A DNA stretch of 64,000 nt from Ptychomitrium polyphyllum (lineage: Eukaryota): assembly GCA_973851085.1 (NCBI GenBank), contig OZ316775.1:8680001-8744000 (forward strand). The letters are read 5' to 3'. Made by a program: the position numbers and the translations under genes. Numbering within the stretch: the stretch's first letter is position 1; every line of letters starts with the position of its first letter. Positions 15,751 to 30,232 of the stretch are shown piece after piece. The notes under the pieces are model-generated. The model was given only the letters and a program-made list of their open reading frames with translations. It did no database searches and was not told the origin of the DNA.

Positions 15751-17560
15751 ATAAAGGTTGATGTCTTCTTGGTTAAACGAGCTTAGGGAAGAGGAACATT
15801 GTCTGTACATGCAATAGTAGTGCACTTTCCTTTATTGTTGAAAACTCAACTTCAATGCCTCAGTCAGTACGACCTCTGTGTTACCAAAGACATCAGTATG
15901 GCAGGCTTTAGTGTAGGTTTTTGATTAAAGTATCCAGCTAAAGCATTGAATTTGAAGTCTTTGGTTTCATTGAGAAATTGTACAATAATATTTGGGTCGT
16001 ACCAGCATGTGTATCTGAAGGGTATCACCTGGTTCTCAGCAGGTTACAGATACCGGTGTACTTGTATGTGATACCCGAATCCAGAGGTGTCTGTATGCCA
16101 GGGTAGGATCAGTATACAAACCCGACAGCGGGAGGTCTGAGAATTTCAAGTTCATACAAATGAAATGCTTTATTACAAAGAAGAATTACATGACAGCAAG
16201 GCACCCCACAGTATTTTAAGTTTAGCAAAGGCATAGCAGACATACTGATTGAGGTGCTCACTGATGTTAGAATACGGACTGTGAACTGCGACGTTTTGGC
16301 AGCCAACTCTGACTTGAAACTCCCTTGTAAACCACTCCATGATGGCACCTATAATCATGCATTCACACCCAATATTCACTGCTCCCTATACCCGCGCCCG
16401 TGTCCCACGATGCATACGCTATAAGCACGGAACGGAGACAGGAGTGGCTCCATCAAGTTCAAACAGATTTTGAACCAAAGAGAACGTTAGTGCAGCAGAG
16501 CAAGGCCGATTACCCGTTCTACAGCACGGGCCCCGTCTTACTCCTTCCACTAGGAGCGCAGAAGAGCTGGCTAATGAAACCCTCTCCGATACTCGAGATG
16601 ATACCCAAGATTATACCTATCTTATACCCATATAATACCTTAGATACCCGGCCTTTCATCTTGTGAATCGGAAATGAGATCTATGTCGTGAACTTGCGCA
16701 ATAGTATTAATATGTGTACGATATCAGTGTGATGCTTCTATGATACCCGAAAATACCCCTGAGATATTCCGGCGCTTCTCTTGTGAAATGGCATGGTGAT
16801 TGCTTCGTCGTAAACCTGTGGAGTTCATTTGAGTGTGTGCAAGGGCTTCCCGTACGGTAGCCGCATTGCGTCATCGTCCGCTTTGGTGCTCGGGCCCGGG
16901 CTCCGCATGCTCACGGCGTTGGCTTCATCAATGCACCCCTTCTATGCGTCTGCTTGGACTCAAATTTCATCGCAGTCGGCCTCTTGGTGCTGAAGATATG
17001 CTGTGGAAACGATTGGCAGCTTTTTTGTGACGACTCGGTAGTTTATTATTTTGAATTGTTCTACCTCTAGGCGGTCTCGTGGTGATTGAGTTTTAGAGGT
17101 TGTAGAACGTGAGATTTGGAAGTAGCGTGGAAGTTTTGGAGCAAGAGGAAGGCGGGCAGGCGGTGTTGTGAGAGGCGGAGCGGTTGTACGCTGGTCGGTG
17201 TCTGCGGAGGATTGGAGGTTTTCCATCCGTTACCTCGGTCGCCGTGCCGCTTTTTTTGCGTGACCGTAGATGGCCGCAGGTGCTCCTTCTGCGGTTTAGT
17301 GATCGGTCAGGGGTCCTGTTGGTTTTTGTGGTGAGATTTTGTAGCGTTGCTCTTTTGTTTGCGCATTGATGGATTATGAGCATCGAGCCGGAACAGAGTT
17401 GTGATTAGGGATTGATTTGGTAGTTTTGAGTCTCTCGTCAGTAGAGAGATACTGTAGGCTGTGCGAATTGGTTGAGCGTGTCCTACGGTCGAGTGAAGCA
17501 TGCAACTTGCTGACCTTCGTCATTTGGAGTGGTTGAGCATTTGAAGAGCTAGTGGCGACC

Positions 17561-20500
17561 ATGGGGATGAGCGACGGCGATGGTGGTTACATGGTAAGTT
17601 TTGCATGTACCTTAGGAAGTAAGTAGATGATGATTGAGAGTGCAATGAAATGCTTCATGTAATTGTGTTTTTGGCCGTCAGCATGAATGGAAAGAGGAAG
17701 CTTTATTTCATAGCACGGCTCGGATGATCGACAAGTCTCTTGGTAGCTAGAGTGCTGTACGGCATTTACCTTAACGACCGTGTTTGTAAAGACGTTCAAG
17801 CATGTTGTTGTATCTCCGGCACCTGTCCAGTTTCCATGTAGTCAGAGCTGAATATCTGATCATCAGTCGTCCAGAAATGTTACTTGTGTTGACAATTGAT
17901 GGCATCATATTGAAGGTCACTGTGGGCCTATGGCATTCTAATGGCCAAATCAACAGCTTATTGAGCTTCTTACATAATTGTTACGATAAAAATCATCATT
18001 GTTCATAGATCAGTTATAAAGGTCAAGTGTTGTAAGTGGATCGACGATGATTTTGTGGGGTGGCTTTTTTACTTAATTTGATGTGCCGGAACTCTACGTT
18101 GGCTGGTGTGCTAGTTTCCATCTTGTGGTTTATGACTGACGTTCCAACATTTCGTCTTTACAGGGTTCATATGATCCCAGCTACACTTCTGGGTAAGTCT
18201 TCTCAGCTTCATATTTACCTCTTCTTTCTATTTCCTTGTAGCTTGTTTTTAACATGAACATAAACACTCCTGTCATAAGTACGCTGTTACTTTCAAATGT
18301 CATTTTCTTGTTTAACCCGACCTAGCATTTCTGCACGACTTTGGTCGTTTCGTTAGAGATATTGTCATTATTCTGGTAAGGTTTGTTTTATTACACTCTG
18401 CAGATTGTGCTGATCTTGTATTATCTCCAATTTGCAGGGATGATACTTTTGCTGATATTCACAACTTGGATCACTGTATTAAATATCTCAATCAGTCTTT
18501 AGTTACATTTGGCTTTCCTTCAGGACTTAATCTGCACTCCAGCGAACCTGTGAGTCCTTTAATCATTTTCTAGTTCTACGTATGTCTAGTTCATGGATTT
18601 CTGGGGCTCGACGTGCTCAAAGCTCAAGGTTTTAATAATTTCTCTGATAATTTGTGTATATGATGGTGTATTTACAGGTTTCAATCGTGCGAACATGTAA
18701 CTGCATATATGCTATGATTCAGCAGCGGCAACGGGACATTGAGTATCGTGAAACAGCCAATGAGACCAGGCAAAGGTGCTGGATCTTTTCATGTTCTTTT
18801 AAGATATATGTTGAATATTGTGCTTCCATCTTGTATTCTGAATGTACAGTTTTTTTTTTTCTTCTGTTGAATGCCGTAATAACTAGGGTTTGAATCAAAT
18901 ACTTATATAAAACATCTTGAAAATTTATGATGTGCTCTGCAGGCTAATGTCAGATATGTCAAGGCTTGAAGGCAAAGTGGAAAGACTGACTGACCAATTA
19001 GCTAGTAAGGAGCGTGAACTGCAAGCAATCACAAGCAAGGTACATTAAACACCTAGCTACAAGAAATTTGTCCATCTCGTTCATGCGTGTACGTAACATT
19101 TAGACTACCATAGCAGCTGATTTTTACAACCAAAGCTGAATTAAAGTATCAATCAAGTTCCTATAGCGGCAACCAAGTGATATACTTCGTAGTACAGGAT
19201 CTTTACTAGAATGGACTGAAGTAATAGCTGTGCACAATGGGCGAAATCATGACGGTCACGTGTTCACAGTATACAAGGACTTTTATGAGTTTAAGTGTCC
19301 AGTTAACTATTAACTTTTCTGTATATAGCTGCTAAGTTTCAGGCACTTTCAAATAGCCAAACCTAAGATTCTGCTCGCTAGGTGGTTTTGTGTGGTAACA
19401 TATCCGAAACCGCCACTTTCTTGCTTCATTATTGATGTCGCTTGTTGAGAGTTTTGGTCATAGTTTCTGCTTCTTATTCAAGTCCACGAAGGCCTCATCC
19501 ACTTCTTGTAATTCCATTGGCGGGTTCATGGGAAACGATTCTGGAAATAAGTGCAATCTTATTGGCTGATGCTCTGAAATACGATCATTCAGGCTTAGTC
19601 GGATATTTTCCTTGCCATTTGAATCTACATTCACCAACCTAAATGAAATTTAGTAGGCATTCTTGTATGATATAGTTTGCTGGTGTTCTGAATATTCTAT
19701 GGCATTTTGGTAACAGGAGCAGAAGGCAACAGCTGCTAGCAGGGCGCAGATTGAGAGGCTTCAGCATGAGAAGGATGAGTTTCAGAGAATGGTTATAAGC
19801 ACGCAGGTGAGTAGCTCAAGTTTAACTGTTTTGATTTGGAGCTAAGATGTCTTCATTGTTTGTCATTGTTAGCATTTTTAACTGCTTAATATCTCAACTT
19901 GGCTGGAATTGACTTACTTATTATGTTAAATGATTCTGCCAGCAAGTGAAGGTACAACAGATGCATGAGTTGAAGAAGAAGGAGAAAGAATATATCAAGC
20001 TACAGGTATAGGCGGAGCCCATTTACCCTTGAAGGCTATTCCCTGTTGAGACCTTGTTTTCGTTAAATTTTTCACCTCTGTGACAATCTAAATGTACATT
20101 GTTTAATACAGGAACGATTGAACCAAGTCTTGATTGAAAAAAAGAAAGAGTCCAAGGCCGGAATCGAGATTATGAATTTACTGCAGGTATTTTGTTTTCC
20201 TGCTTGAATTAGTGGAACTCTTCTTCCTAGGCCAGATTTATACTTCCGCTCTTCTGGATTCCCTGAAAAATGTTTATAGTTAATTGAGCTGAAAATGTTG
20301 TGATAAACAATCTTAGGCTGAACGTATTTGATCGAAAGCTACTTTGTTAATTGTTCACATTCGCTACAGAATGTGCACACATATCTACGTCTCGTGCATA
20401 CAGTGTACACCTGGCTCTAATTCAGTAATGTTTCTTAATTTTGAGCAGAAGGAGGGAAGGCAACGGGGCACTTGGAACACCAAGAAAGCGGATGGTGATT

Positions 20501-23072
20501 TTTATAAGATGATTGTAAGATATTCCTTTCCCTACTCTTGAACAGATTTAACGCTCAGACACGTAGTTAACTAAATTTTAATTGATGAATGCAATTCTTT
20601 CTCTTTTTTCCACGCAATTTAATAATAAACTCAGGTTTGAGCGTTCAGATGTTGTTTTTTGTATCCAAAAGTAATGCTTACCTTGCATGAAATCCTGTGA
20701 CGTGATTTATATATCTATTTTGGCATGATTTCGATTTTCAAACTTGTTGTAGATATGATCAGATCTTTCTAGACAGAAGATGATGTTAGGACCTTGACTA
20801 ATGTAGTGATCCTTATGCAGGTGGATGCGTACGAAGCAAAGAAGCAAGAACTTGTGGCTGAAAATTCTGACTTGCGAGCATTGCTTCGATCCATGCAGGT
20901 TTGACAATATTCTTTCCTCAACTTCCCATTTTTGGCGGTGATCAGAATTTTTCTTTGTTGTCCAAGAAGCGAACTATGCGTTAGATCTAATAAGTTAGCA
21001 GCGAGGAATGTGGTTTTGATGTCAGCTGAATTTGCTGCTTTGTGATGCAGGGTGACATGCGTGATTTTCTAAACACCCCAAGTGGTCTAATGAGACCAGG
21101 TACTGGAGCAAGTTCCCATGAACTTGAGCCACCGCCCACTCCACTGGGAGGCCGAACGGTAATTGTAGTCTGTCGTTTGCTCAGACTTATGTGTTTTGCA
21201 CTTGAAAGACCCTCTTCTGCTTTGAGACGTAGAACTAGCAATCACAATGAGACATGGCTTATATTGCGCTGAAGTTTTGCAAATAGAAGTGGACGTTACG
21301 GACTTGCGGATTCTCATATAAAAGTTCAGATGGTTGATCATCCACTTGCGGATGCTGAATGTTGTGCTCTTCTTACAGGATGTCTTTGACCTACCCTTTC
21401 ATATGGCACGAGATCAGATTGAACAAAGCTTGCGTGCAAAAATGTCTACCATCAAGGTAAAATTGTCATACGTGTTGTTCAGGAGCTATCTTGGGGGCCA
21501 TTAAGTTCACCGCTGAAAGTATCTTTAGATGAATGCCAAGCAAGTGGGCCTTACCATATTTGCTCCTCTTCAGTCGGTTCTGAAAGAAATCTGGCAGTTT
21601 CTGTTATTCTGTGCAGACGGTTTTCTTAATTTGCTTATCTACATATCTTACAGGAACGAATGATGCAGCTGCAAGAAAGTCAGAAAGGATTTAATGCAGG
21701 AAGAGAAACTAGTGAGCGGGAGCAAGCTCTTGAAGCGCAGCTTGTGGAGGCCCACAGTATTATTTCTGAACAGGTACCCGTCCTTCCTGTAGACCTGATC
21801 CTTACCATAGTGACGTGAGCAATGTCTTGGAAGGCTGAATACCAGCACGCGAGATGAATCTGATAATTAATAGCCATGCCTGACAAGTGATAGTTCTCGT
21901 GTCCAATGCATGATTGGTTCCCTTCAGATTGCGTTGGTAACAAATCCAATATCTAACGACCAGAATGCAGATATGTAGATTGACCACTGCAGTTTTCAAA
22001 TAGAGCTGATAGAATTTCGCAATGACGTTAAAGTACGAACTTCATTAAGAATTATGTGAGAATGTTCTTAAGCACTAGAATTTTCAAAGTTTTTAAAGCG
22101 GAAATTAAATGTACGTGGAGGAAGTTGTCAAGTTGAGTCATCATGTTATACAGACATTGATCTAGCATGTATATTGTAATATGTGTATGTCAAATCTCTT
22201 GGTTACGATCTCTTGGTTTCTCGGTGTTGCAGACGACTTTAATGAACAAGCACATGTCTGAGGATGACAGGAGGTAACATGGTTTCGTACTTGTTCCTAG
22301 CATATGATCTAGGAAGTCCTTAGCAATACCGTACCAATCCCTGAACTTTCTTTTAAGAGTAGGATCTTGTTGATGTTTCTGTTTGAGTGGGAACCATGTA
22401 AGTGAATAGATGCCAGATAGACTATTATTTGACTGCGACCGCAGTTTCGTTTTTCCTTCCATTACTCGTTAATTGAGTATGAGGATTAGAAATCCTTGTA
22501 CTAATGAGAATGTTTAACAATGTAGTTTTGTCGAGATTAATGTTTTTGGTATGCACGGCAGTTGAAACCTCCCTTTTTTTTTTGCAGAAACCTCATTACA
22601 GGACAAATGGATTCTGAGAATAGAGCAAGCGCTGCACAGGATGTATGTATCCATATTCCCATTCATATATGATGGATATTATTTGGATCGTAAATAGGAT
22701 TTTAGTAAATGATTTCAGAGAATCTTGAATACAGGCTAAGAATTTACAAAATAGATTGACAAGAGACTTGATTGACAGTCTAGACTCTAGAATTCTTGGG
22801 ACCATTTTGAAAACTGTTGAACCTTGGGGCGTTCAGTGGCGGTGTCTTGAATCCTTTATTCTAGTCCACTAAATGTTGATACGTTAAATCTCATGTAGCT
22901 CTGTCTTTTGCAGACCAACAGTATGGAATATGGGAATATAAGAGTAGCCAGCAATGAACCATCTAGCGTTGGAGATGGTTATTTTCTTCACAAGACGGCA
23001 ATTTCAAATGGGGTTCTTGGATCCCTTCGGCCTCATCGGGTACCACTTGTGCCCAGAGGGCACCACCAGTAG
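17561..23072 (+). CDS. Afadin/alpha-actinin-binding (ADIP/SSX2IP, Msd1-like) coiled-coil protein
   Basis: About 16 GT-AG exons from ATG 17561 (exon 17561-17593) to TAG 23070-23072. Peptides NLDHCIKYLNQSLVTFGFP, RTCNCIYAMIQQRQRDIEYRE, KKKEKEYIKLQERLNQ, KEGRQRGTWN, VDAYEAKKQELVAENSDLRALLRSMQ, DVFDLPFHMARDQIE. Confidence 0.9.
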
Positions 23073-23849
23073 CGTTACTCGTGTAAGTGGTATTACTTTG
23101 AATTCTTAAAGACTTGTTCTTTTTCTAATAAACGGTCGTTAGTTTGGATCTAGTTTTCTTGCTGACGGAGACGAACAAGCTGCTATTGTGTAGATACGCT
23201 TGCACCTTTTCCCCAAAGTGAAGGTTTTGGGCAATGGTACATTCTGTTGATTAGTTTCTTGAAGGAATTGTAAACTAAAGGTATGCATTACAAGTGAGAT
23301 ATTGAGAGTATATAAACGGTATGTATGTATTGATTGCCCTCCCTGAAGGGTGTGTAAATTTAGAGGTATGCAGCACAGGCCATACATTGAGTGCATAATG
23401 TGGCACAAGGTGCTTCAGGTCCTCCTTGTTAATGCCGACTTATCAAGTTTTGTAGCGTTCTACAATTTATGGAATTATATGGATCGGAATCCATCTATCA
23501 TATTCAACTTCAATTGTGTTGCCCGACGTTATAAATCTGAAGAAGAGGAATGACTCCAATATGATCAATGAAACTTGGCCAAAAACATGCATCAATGAAG
23601 TGTGGTAAGGAATTTTGATAGAGTTACAATCTCCATTCCGCTCGTAATTAAACTACTTCGAGTTACTTACCGAAGTTTTTCAAAACCTGCTTGCCTATGA
23701 TGCCTAAAGTTTCAAAGAACCTAATTTTGAAGCTGGGTACCAAGAGAGTTTGTATTTTGTACTCAACCTTGTCCACCATAACATCCTTTTGCAAGCCTGG
23801 AAGTGGAATAAAGAGGGCCAAGCCCTAAAGATTTTCAAAATCTTTTTAT

Positions 23850-26630
23850 ACAATGACCAAGTAACATGTTTTCAAGTGTGTTTTTGTCTTTGTGGCTGTG
23901 ATTCAAAATTTTAATATTGTGTTTTATTAATAAAAGTCACAATTATGGATCATCTAGTCCAAGTGCTAAAGATTGTTAAGTTTAACGGATAATGCATTTT
24001 AGAAAGTGGGAAATTAATAATAAATGATACTGACGATATGTGGTAATAAATGAATGATTATGAATGATTATATTAGACTATTTTGATGACTTTGTACACA
24101 AGCTCTTTTAATCTTCAATTAAAAGATAGTTTAACAAGTAAAGAATGCTATGAATAGATCTAAACATACTACTTGAAGCAATTTTAGAAAAATTAAAGAA
24201 TTATTGTGTTACACTAGATATAGGTATTAAACTTAAATGTACTAGTTTGTCACCAAGTTTGTCACCATATTGGTTACATTTGAGATTCAAATTTGGTCTA
24301 TAAAAAACTTAATAAATTTTGACCAATTTTTTAATAAATTCATGATAATTTAATTCTTTTGATTTTAAATTAGTAACATCAATGTTTACAAACTAAAAGA
24401 AATTAATAAATCATTTTCATTTCATATTCTTAAACAAATCTTTCAAGCTTTCAATCAATCGTTGAAAATATGGTTTATAAAAGTCAAATTTATTGTGGTC
24501 TTTTAAGTTTAAAATTATCAGTTAGTTATACAATCATGTTGGTATGTATTAATTTTCAACTTGGTTAGAATATAATTATTTTAAATTGTCAACAAACAAA
24601 TTATATTTGTACATTTTTAACATTCATTTAAAAATTATCTAAAATAATTAAAATATAACTATTGCAAAGTCTTAAACCATTAATTCATATTGATGTATTT
24701 TTAATGCTTATTTAGAAATCAACTTAAATGTTAGATGATAGAATGATATGAAAATGTCAATTACTTCAACAAATTGTTGTATTCTAATGTCTATTTCAAA
24801 ATCACTTCAAATGAAAATATATTGCATAATTACCAAGCTATATAACTATCAAATTGTGTTTCAAAATGAAACTAACATTATTTTATTATGATCCAACTAC
24901 ACATACATGTAATTAGTAGGCACAAACAAGACAAATTTAAAGTAAAGAAGGTTGTGAGCTTAAGCTTGTTTATATATTGTATGTGTCTTTTGTGTTTTTA
25001 TGAGTTTTTTTTCAATTGTATTTTACAAAATGAACCTTAAAATAGTGAATAATTATTGTAAACTATTGACTCAAAGGTGTCAATTATTAAATTGTCAAAT
25101 TCGTGTATTTTATATGTTATATGCAAATTAATTTTGATAATTATAATACTGTAATACTAAAGTATAAATCCAAAATCCAAGTAGATGGATGATTTTGATG
25201 GAATGGTTTGAAGACATTACTCAATCATATATTGTGGTCTATTTTTTTTTTTTTAAAATGATCCAAGTTGTTTGGTTAGTTTTAATATGATATATTAAGG
25301 ACATCAATTGATTTGGATATAGTACAAATTAATAAAATTTAATGTTTTTTCAATATCAACTTAGATAATTCATATTGATTGGAAAATTTTACCATAATTA
25401 TTTGAAGGTACTAACCAATTTTAATGAAGTTGGTATAATTCAATATTTCTACAATATCAACTCTAATAAGTGATTAGACTTGATGCTTTGACATTTTGGT
25501 TTGAAGGCTTAATTAATGATAGTCAAGTTGGTATAAATTTAATCAGTTTAATATAACTTTGAATATTATATAATAGATTAGTCTTTATTAGCTTAAATGA
25601 CAATGTAATTTTATTAATATCAACATAAAGATTCAAATCTTATAATGAAATAATCTTTATTATTAATTTTTCTATTAGTTCAAATCAATGATTTGTATCA
25701 TTTATTATTTTATATATATCATTATTTTGTATTGTCTTTTTCTGATGGCAACAAAATTCAATCCATTATTTGCCCTAACATAAACCACCACCTTAATGAC
25801 TTAGTATGCAAGATTTTTGGATATTTAGTTGAATAAGTTTTTAATAGTGGATTTATAATTTTGAATAATGGAAATAAACTTTTGAAAGAAGGTATTCAGA
25901 ATAGTTGTTGGAAAATATCATGTTACTAGATTTATCAAAAATATTCCTATTGTTCATTTCTTGATTACTTTTGTGGTCAATATTTAAATTATATTTTGTT
26001 ATAAATGAATAATGAATTATTTTTTTATAAAACTTTTGTGGAATTAAGGAATTAATAAAGTATTTGGATAATACCAACAATGTTTTGTTTTTCAATTGTC
26101 TCCTAAATAAGCTTAAATAATTTTTTGTTCTATTTTTCATTGAGAAGAATTTTGCCATAATTTTTTCAAAATTATCTTCTTTGAATTGATTTTTTGATTG
26201 ATTTTAACACAAATAATGTTTATTGGTTTAAAAAATATGAAGTGAAGGTTTTTTGTTTTCTTCTAATTACATACATAAGTAATTGATAATAAAAAATTTC
26301 TTAATTTTCAATTACTCTTCTATACCATTTTAAATCTCCCTTTTCAATCAAATTAAGATGAAAAGCATCTATTGCCTATGGTAGAAAAATCTAAAATAAA
26401 AGCATTTAAAATTGATATATATCCATTTCGAATATTCATCGACTATTTGACAAAAAGCACATATTATACTATTGAACCTTCTAAAGTTAATGATGTTGGT
26501 TTTAAAGCCATGATATTCTTCAACTTCAACAATTCATAATATTTTATTAAAAAATCCAAAAAACACAATCTTTTCAGTTTTGAATTCTTAATAAAAATAG
26601 ATTTACAAAAATTATTTGCAAATGAATTCA
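23850..26630. mobile_element. AT-rich island, possibly a highly degenerate DNA transposon
   Basis: Strong AT bias and CG depletion. Faint hAT-like peptide traces (LTDNA at 23982-23996). No termini identified. Confidence 0.3.
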
Positions 26631-28691
26631 ATGTGCTGAAGTGCTTAAAGTGGTGGTTTTAGGTGCTCCTACCCTACATGGAAATCCACCCAAACAAGCA
26701 CACTCCACAAGCAGATGAGCACCCTCCCCTTCTCCCCGGCGCAGCAGACCCCACCCTTCCCCAGCTGGCGCCACTCTATTGGCCCAAAAAACGAAGCTCA
26801 AATAAGAAGCCCCCATTTCTATCGCATGTGGAACCGCATAGCTTCGGAATGCGGATTGGTTTGACCCACGAGCTTGCGTGGACCCATATGAAGATTCCGG
26901 ATAGAAGGTGCGCCGACGTGGCCTCGCCTACTGAACACCTATTGATGCAGTCGGCATCCTCACCCCTCGATCACCCCTATCACCGTAACATACGCACTCC
27001 ATTCCGCCCTGTTTCCTCTCTGGAAAGCATACCCGCGGCGATAGGTCCTGAAATAAGTACTCAGACCCCAAATGCGCTGGTACGCTGCATGACGAAATCC
27101 GGCACAATCTACAGTCAGGTTTCCAAATGTACGGTATTGATAGACTCTGTAAGCTTTTTGAAGTAAGGAAGTTATTTGGAGCGAGTGTATACGCGCACAA
27201 CTTACGCCGTAACGCAAAACTGGCACTACCTATTTTGATAGATTCAGATTATAAATGTACAAACCAAGTATACTTTTCTGGCACGTTTAGATGTGTGTTT
27301 TTCTAACATGAGTCGTCTCTCGTAACCATTCTAGTATAGAAGCAAGTGGGAGAGGTCTGTGAAGGCCGTTCTTTTCTCTTGCTGGCGATGTTGCTTGTTA
27401 CTTTGGCGGTCTTCTTACGGGAGCGCATTCAGGCTGGCGGCTACAAGTAAGTAAGCTTCCTTGTTGCTTAGTTGTGTGCATTTCGTCAGAGATATGGCCG
27501 GCTTTGCTGACGATTAAGGTAGAGTGTTGGCCATGATGCTTTGGATACGTGCTTCGATGTGCTGGTTTCTGCTTAATCTGGAGTGGCTGTTTTTTCTTAG
27601 AAGTAAGTATCGTTGTTAGTAGTAGGTTAGAAAGGCGGCCGATATAGCTGAAGATAGTAGAGTTTATGTGACGGTGATTTGGATTCAAGCTTCGAATGCT
27701 ATGTTCTCTGCCTGGTTTGGAGTGGCAGTTTTTTTTATAGGAAGCATCGGTTGTTGCTTAGGTTCGGATGCATTTCTATAGCAAGACGGCCGGCTTTTCT
27801 GGCGATCTGTAGAGTTTCTGCGATGATAATGTGGATTTATGCTTCGAATACTCTGTTTTCGACGTAATTTGGAGTGGCAGTTTTTAGTAGGAGAACCGGA
27901 GAGGAACTGCCTGCATATAGAGGAAGGTGAAGAGAATTAGTAGAGGATTTCATGCTTATCATGAGCTTTTAGATTTTTCATACTGATTTACCAGATTATT
28001 AGTTTTTAGGACAGAGGTGATTTAGAGTTTTATTTTACGATGGGGAGATTGCAAGAGAGATGGTGAGTATGCCGCATACGTCGACTCGCTTCGAATTTTT
28101 GAGAGTTTTGTCATTCTGTCAGAGGCAATGTCTTGTATGATACCAGTCACTGATGGTTATTGGTGTAACAGAGATTCTCTGTTTCAGATATTTAGCATTG
28201 GTGACATTGCACGGGTCTGCTTTTATCTTAAGAACTTACCTAACGTCGCGAAATTGTGAATAGATGCCTAGCATTTACGTTACATTGTGTTGACGTAATC
28301 GGCAGTAGGGCGCTTTAGGAGCTATATGTGCTGACGAGCTTTAGTGTTTCTCAAGGAAATTAATCTGCCGTCTGGTTCCTTTAATGCTGTTATTTTGTAA
28401 TAAGCATGTACTTTGTATGATGTCCATACTCTAAATTTTTTATGTCTCTTTGGTGCAGAGCTTTTTAACTGGACATGAGTAATAGGGCTCTTTCACATGC
28501 GTATACAGGGTTGACCTAGCTCTGCGATACCAAGTCTATTCGAACTGGTTATCTTGCTCAACTCTGTCTGATGAAACCAGTACCGACTAATCAAAGTCAC
28601 TCAGCCGTAGTCACCCTACCAGGGAGTGGCAGGAGCTCATGATTAGAGTAGATCAAAAGCATTGGAGTAGATCGAAAGTAAGCATTTAGCA

Positions 28692-30232
28692 ATGGGAGGG
28701 AAAGTTTACTGTGGAAATGTGGAGCAGGAAAGTGACACAGGGGATGGCTGGAAATACGGTGTTAGGCATGAGAATATGAGCTCCGGGGGTGGAGAGAGCG
28801 AGAAAATGCAGCCCCAAGCCATTTATGGTTTCTCTCTATTGCAGGGTCTCCGCGGTAATTCCATGGAAGACCTTCATATTGCAGAGCTCCGCGATATCCA
28901 TGGCGAGGAGGTATCAATCCACCTCCTTTCAAATTGTCTGCGTTTTCCCTCATGACAATATCAAGGCTCTGGAACTTGGTTACCGACAATTTGAAGGTGG
29001 ATCCCTTGCTGTTACTTGTTGCAAGAATAGCGACTTGAAATACCGGATGTACTATGCTGGTGTATCTGTGTGATTGGTCAAAGCTCTGGACTCTTCAGTG
29101 AGAGATATCACTTTGTTTCCGTTCGCAGTGAGAAGTTTATCTGGACGCAAAATGCAATTGTAGTGTTTTGTGGTCTTTGTGGCTCACGTTGCTTCTGCTG
29201 TGTTGCGCTAACATTTCTATATTCAAATATTTTCTTTCAGATTGGCCTATTTGGAATCATTGATTCTCACGGAGGACCTGTTGTTGGAAAACATGTGCAA
29301 CGTCACCTCTTTGACAACATTCTCACCGAAGGGGGTGTTCGCTTGGATCCAGCAGGTGCCACACGGGATGGATACCTTCTCACTGACAGGAATGTTTTGG
29401 AAGGTTCACTTGAAGGGGGATGTAGTGCTGTAACAGCTATGCTTGTCGACCATGGAAGCCGTTTAATAGTAGCTAATGTGGGAGACGTTAGAGCTATTCT
29501 TGCGAAGAACGGAAGGGCTGTGCAGCTTTCAGTTGACCATGATCCTGGGAGCCCCACAGAAAGGGCGAGTGTGGAGAGAAGGGGAGGCATGGTCACCCAA
29601 ATTCCAGGTATCAAATTTAGTGTTGTTGTCTCTAAGCTTATATCACCTTTTCTAGTACCGTGTCATTACCTACTGATGGTTTCATAGTCAAATTCTTGTG
29701 CTTAGATTGTCAAAACTCATCACAAGTGATTCTGTACATTCTTTGTTAGTGAAGTGGGGAAATTTAGTTCTTGACGTAAAGCGGTTCCTGCGGTTTCTGT
29801 TGTTGAGTTGCAGTTTGAGTTCTTGAACAACATTATCTTAATCTTCGTTTGCCTCTACTTGTGTGATGTACAATGTTCCACTTCCTCTTATGCCAGCTGG
29901 AACTCATTTCTCATAACCACTTTGTGCACACAGGTGATCACTGGAGAGTGGATGGGCTGCTTTCTGTTGCACGAGCTTTTGGTGATAAAGGCTTGAAGCA
30001 GCACATGAGTGCCAGACCAGACCTGGCTGATCTTGTAGTTGATCTGTCTTGTGAATTTCTGATTCTTGGAAGTAATGGACTTTGGGCAGTGTTTACAAAC
30101 CAGGAAGTTGTTAATATTGTGCACAAGACTAAAGATCCCAGGAGAGCTGCCCAAGAACTTGTCTCAGAGGCAAGAAATAGGCACAGCGAGGATGATATTT
30201 CATGTTTAGTCATCCAGTTCAGGGAATTATGA
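28692..30232 (+). CDS. Protein phosphatase 2C (clade F-like), atypical active site
   Basis: Exons 28692-28910, 29241-29607, 29934-30232. Motifs MED, DSHGG, VANVGDVRAIL, QLSVDH, LSVARAFGD, ILGSNGLW, SEDDISC. Confidence 0.92.

Noticed and set aside
25853..26158. 101-aa minus-strand ORF in the AT island
   Set aside because: K/N/F/I/Y-rich composition expected from AT bias; no homology recognised
26663..27166. 167-aa ORF
   Set aside because: No recognisable motif, non-ATG start, lies in the promoter region of the PP2C gene
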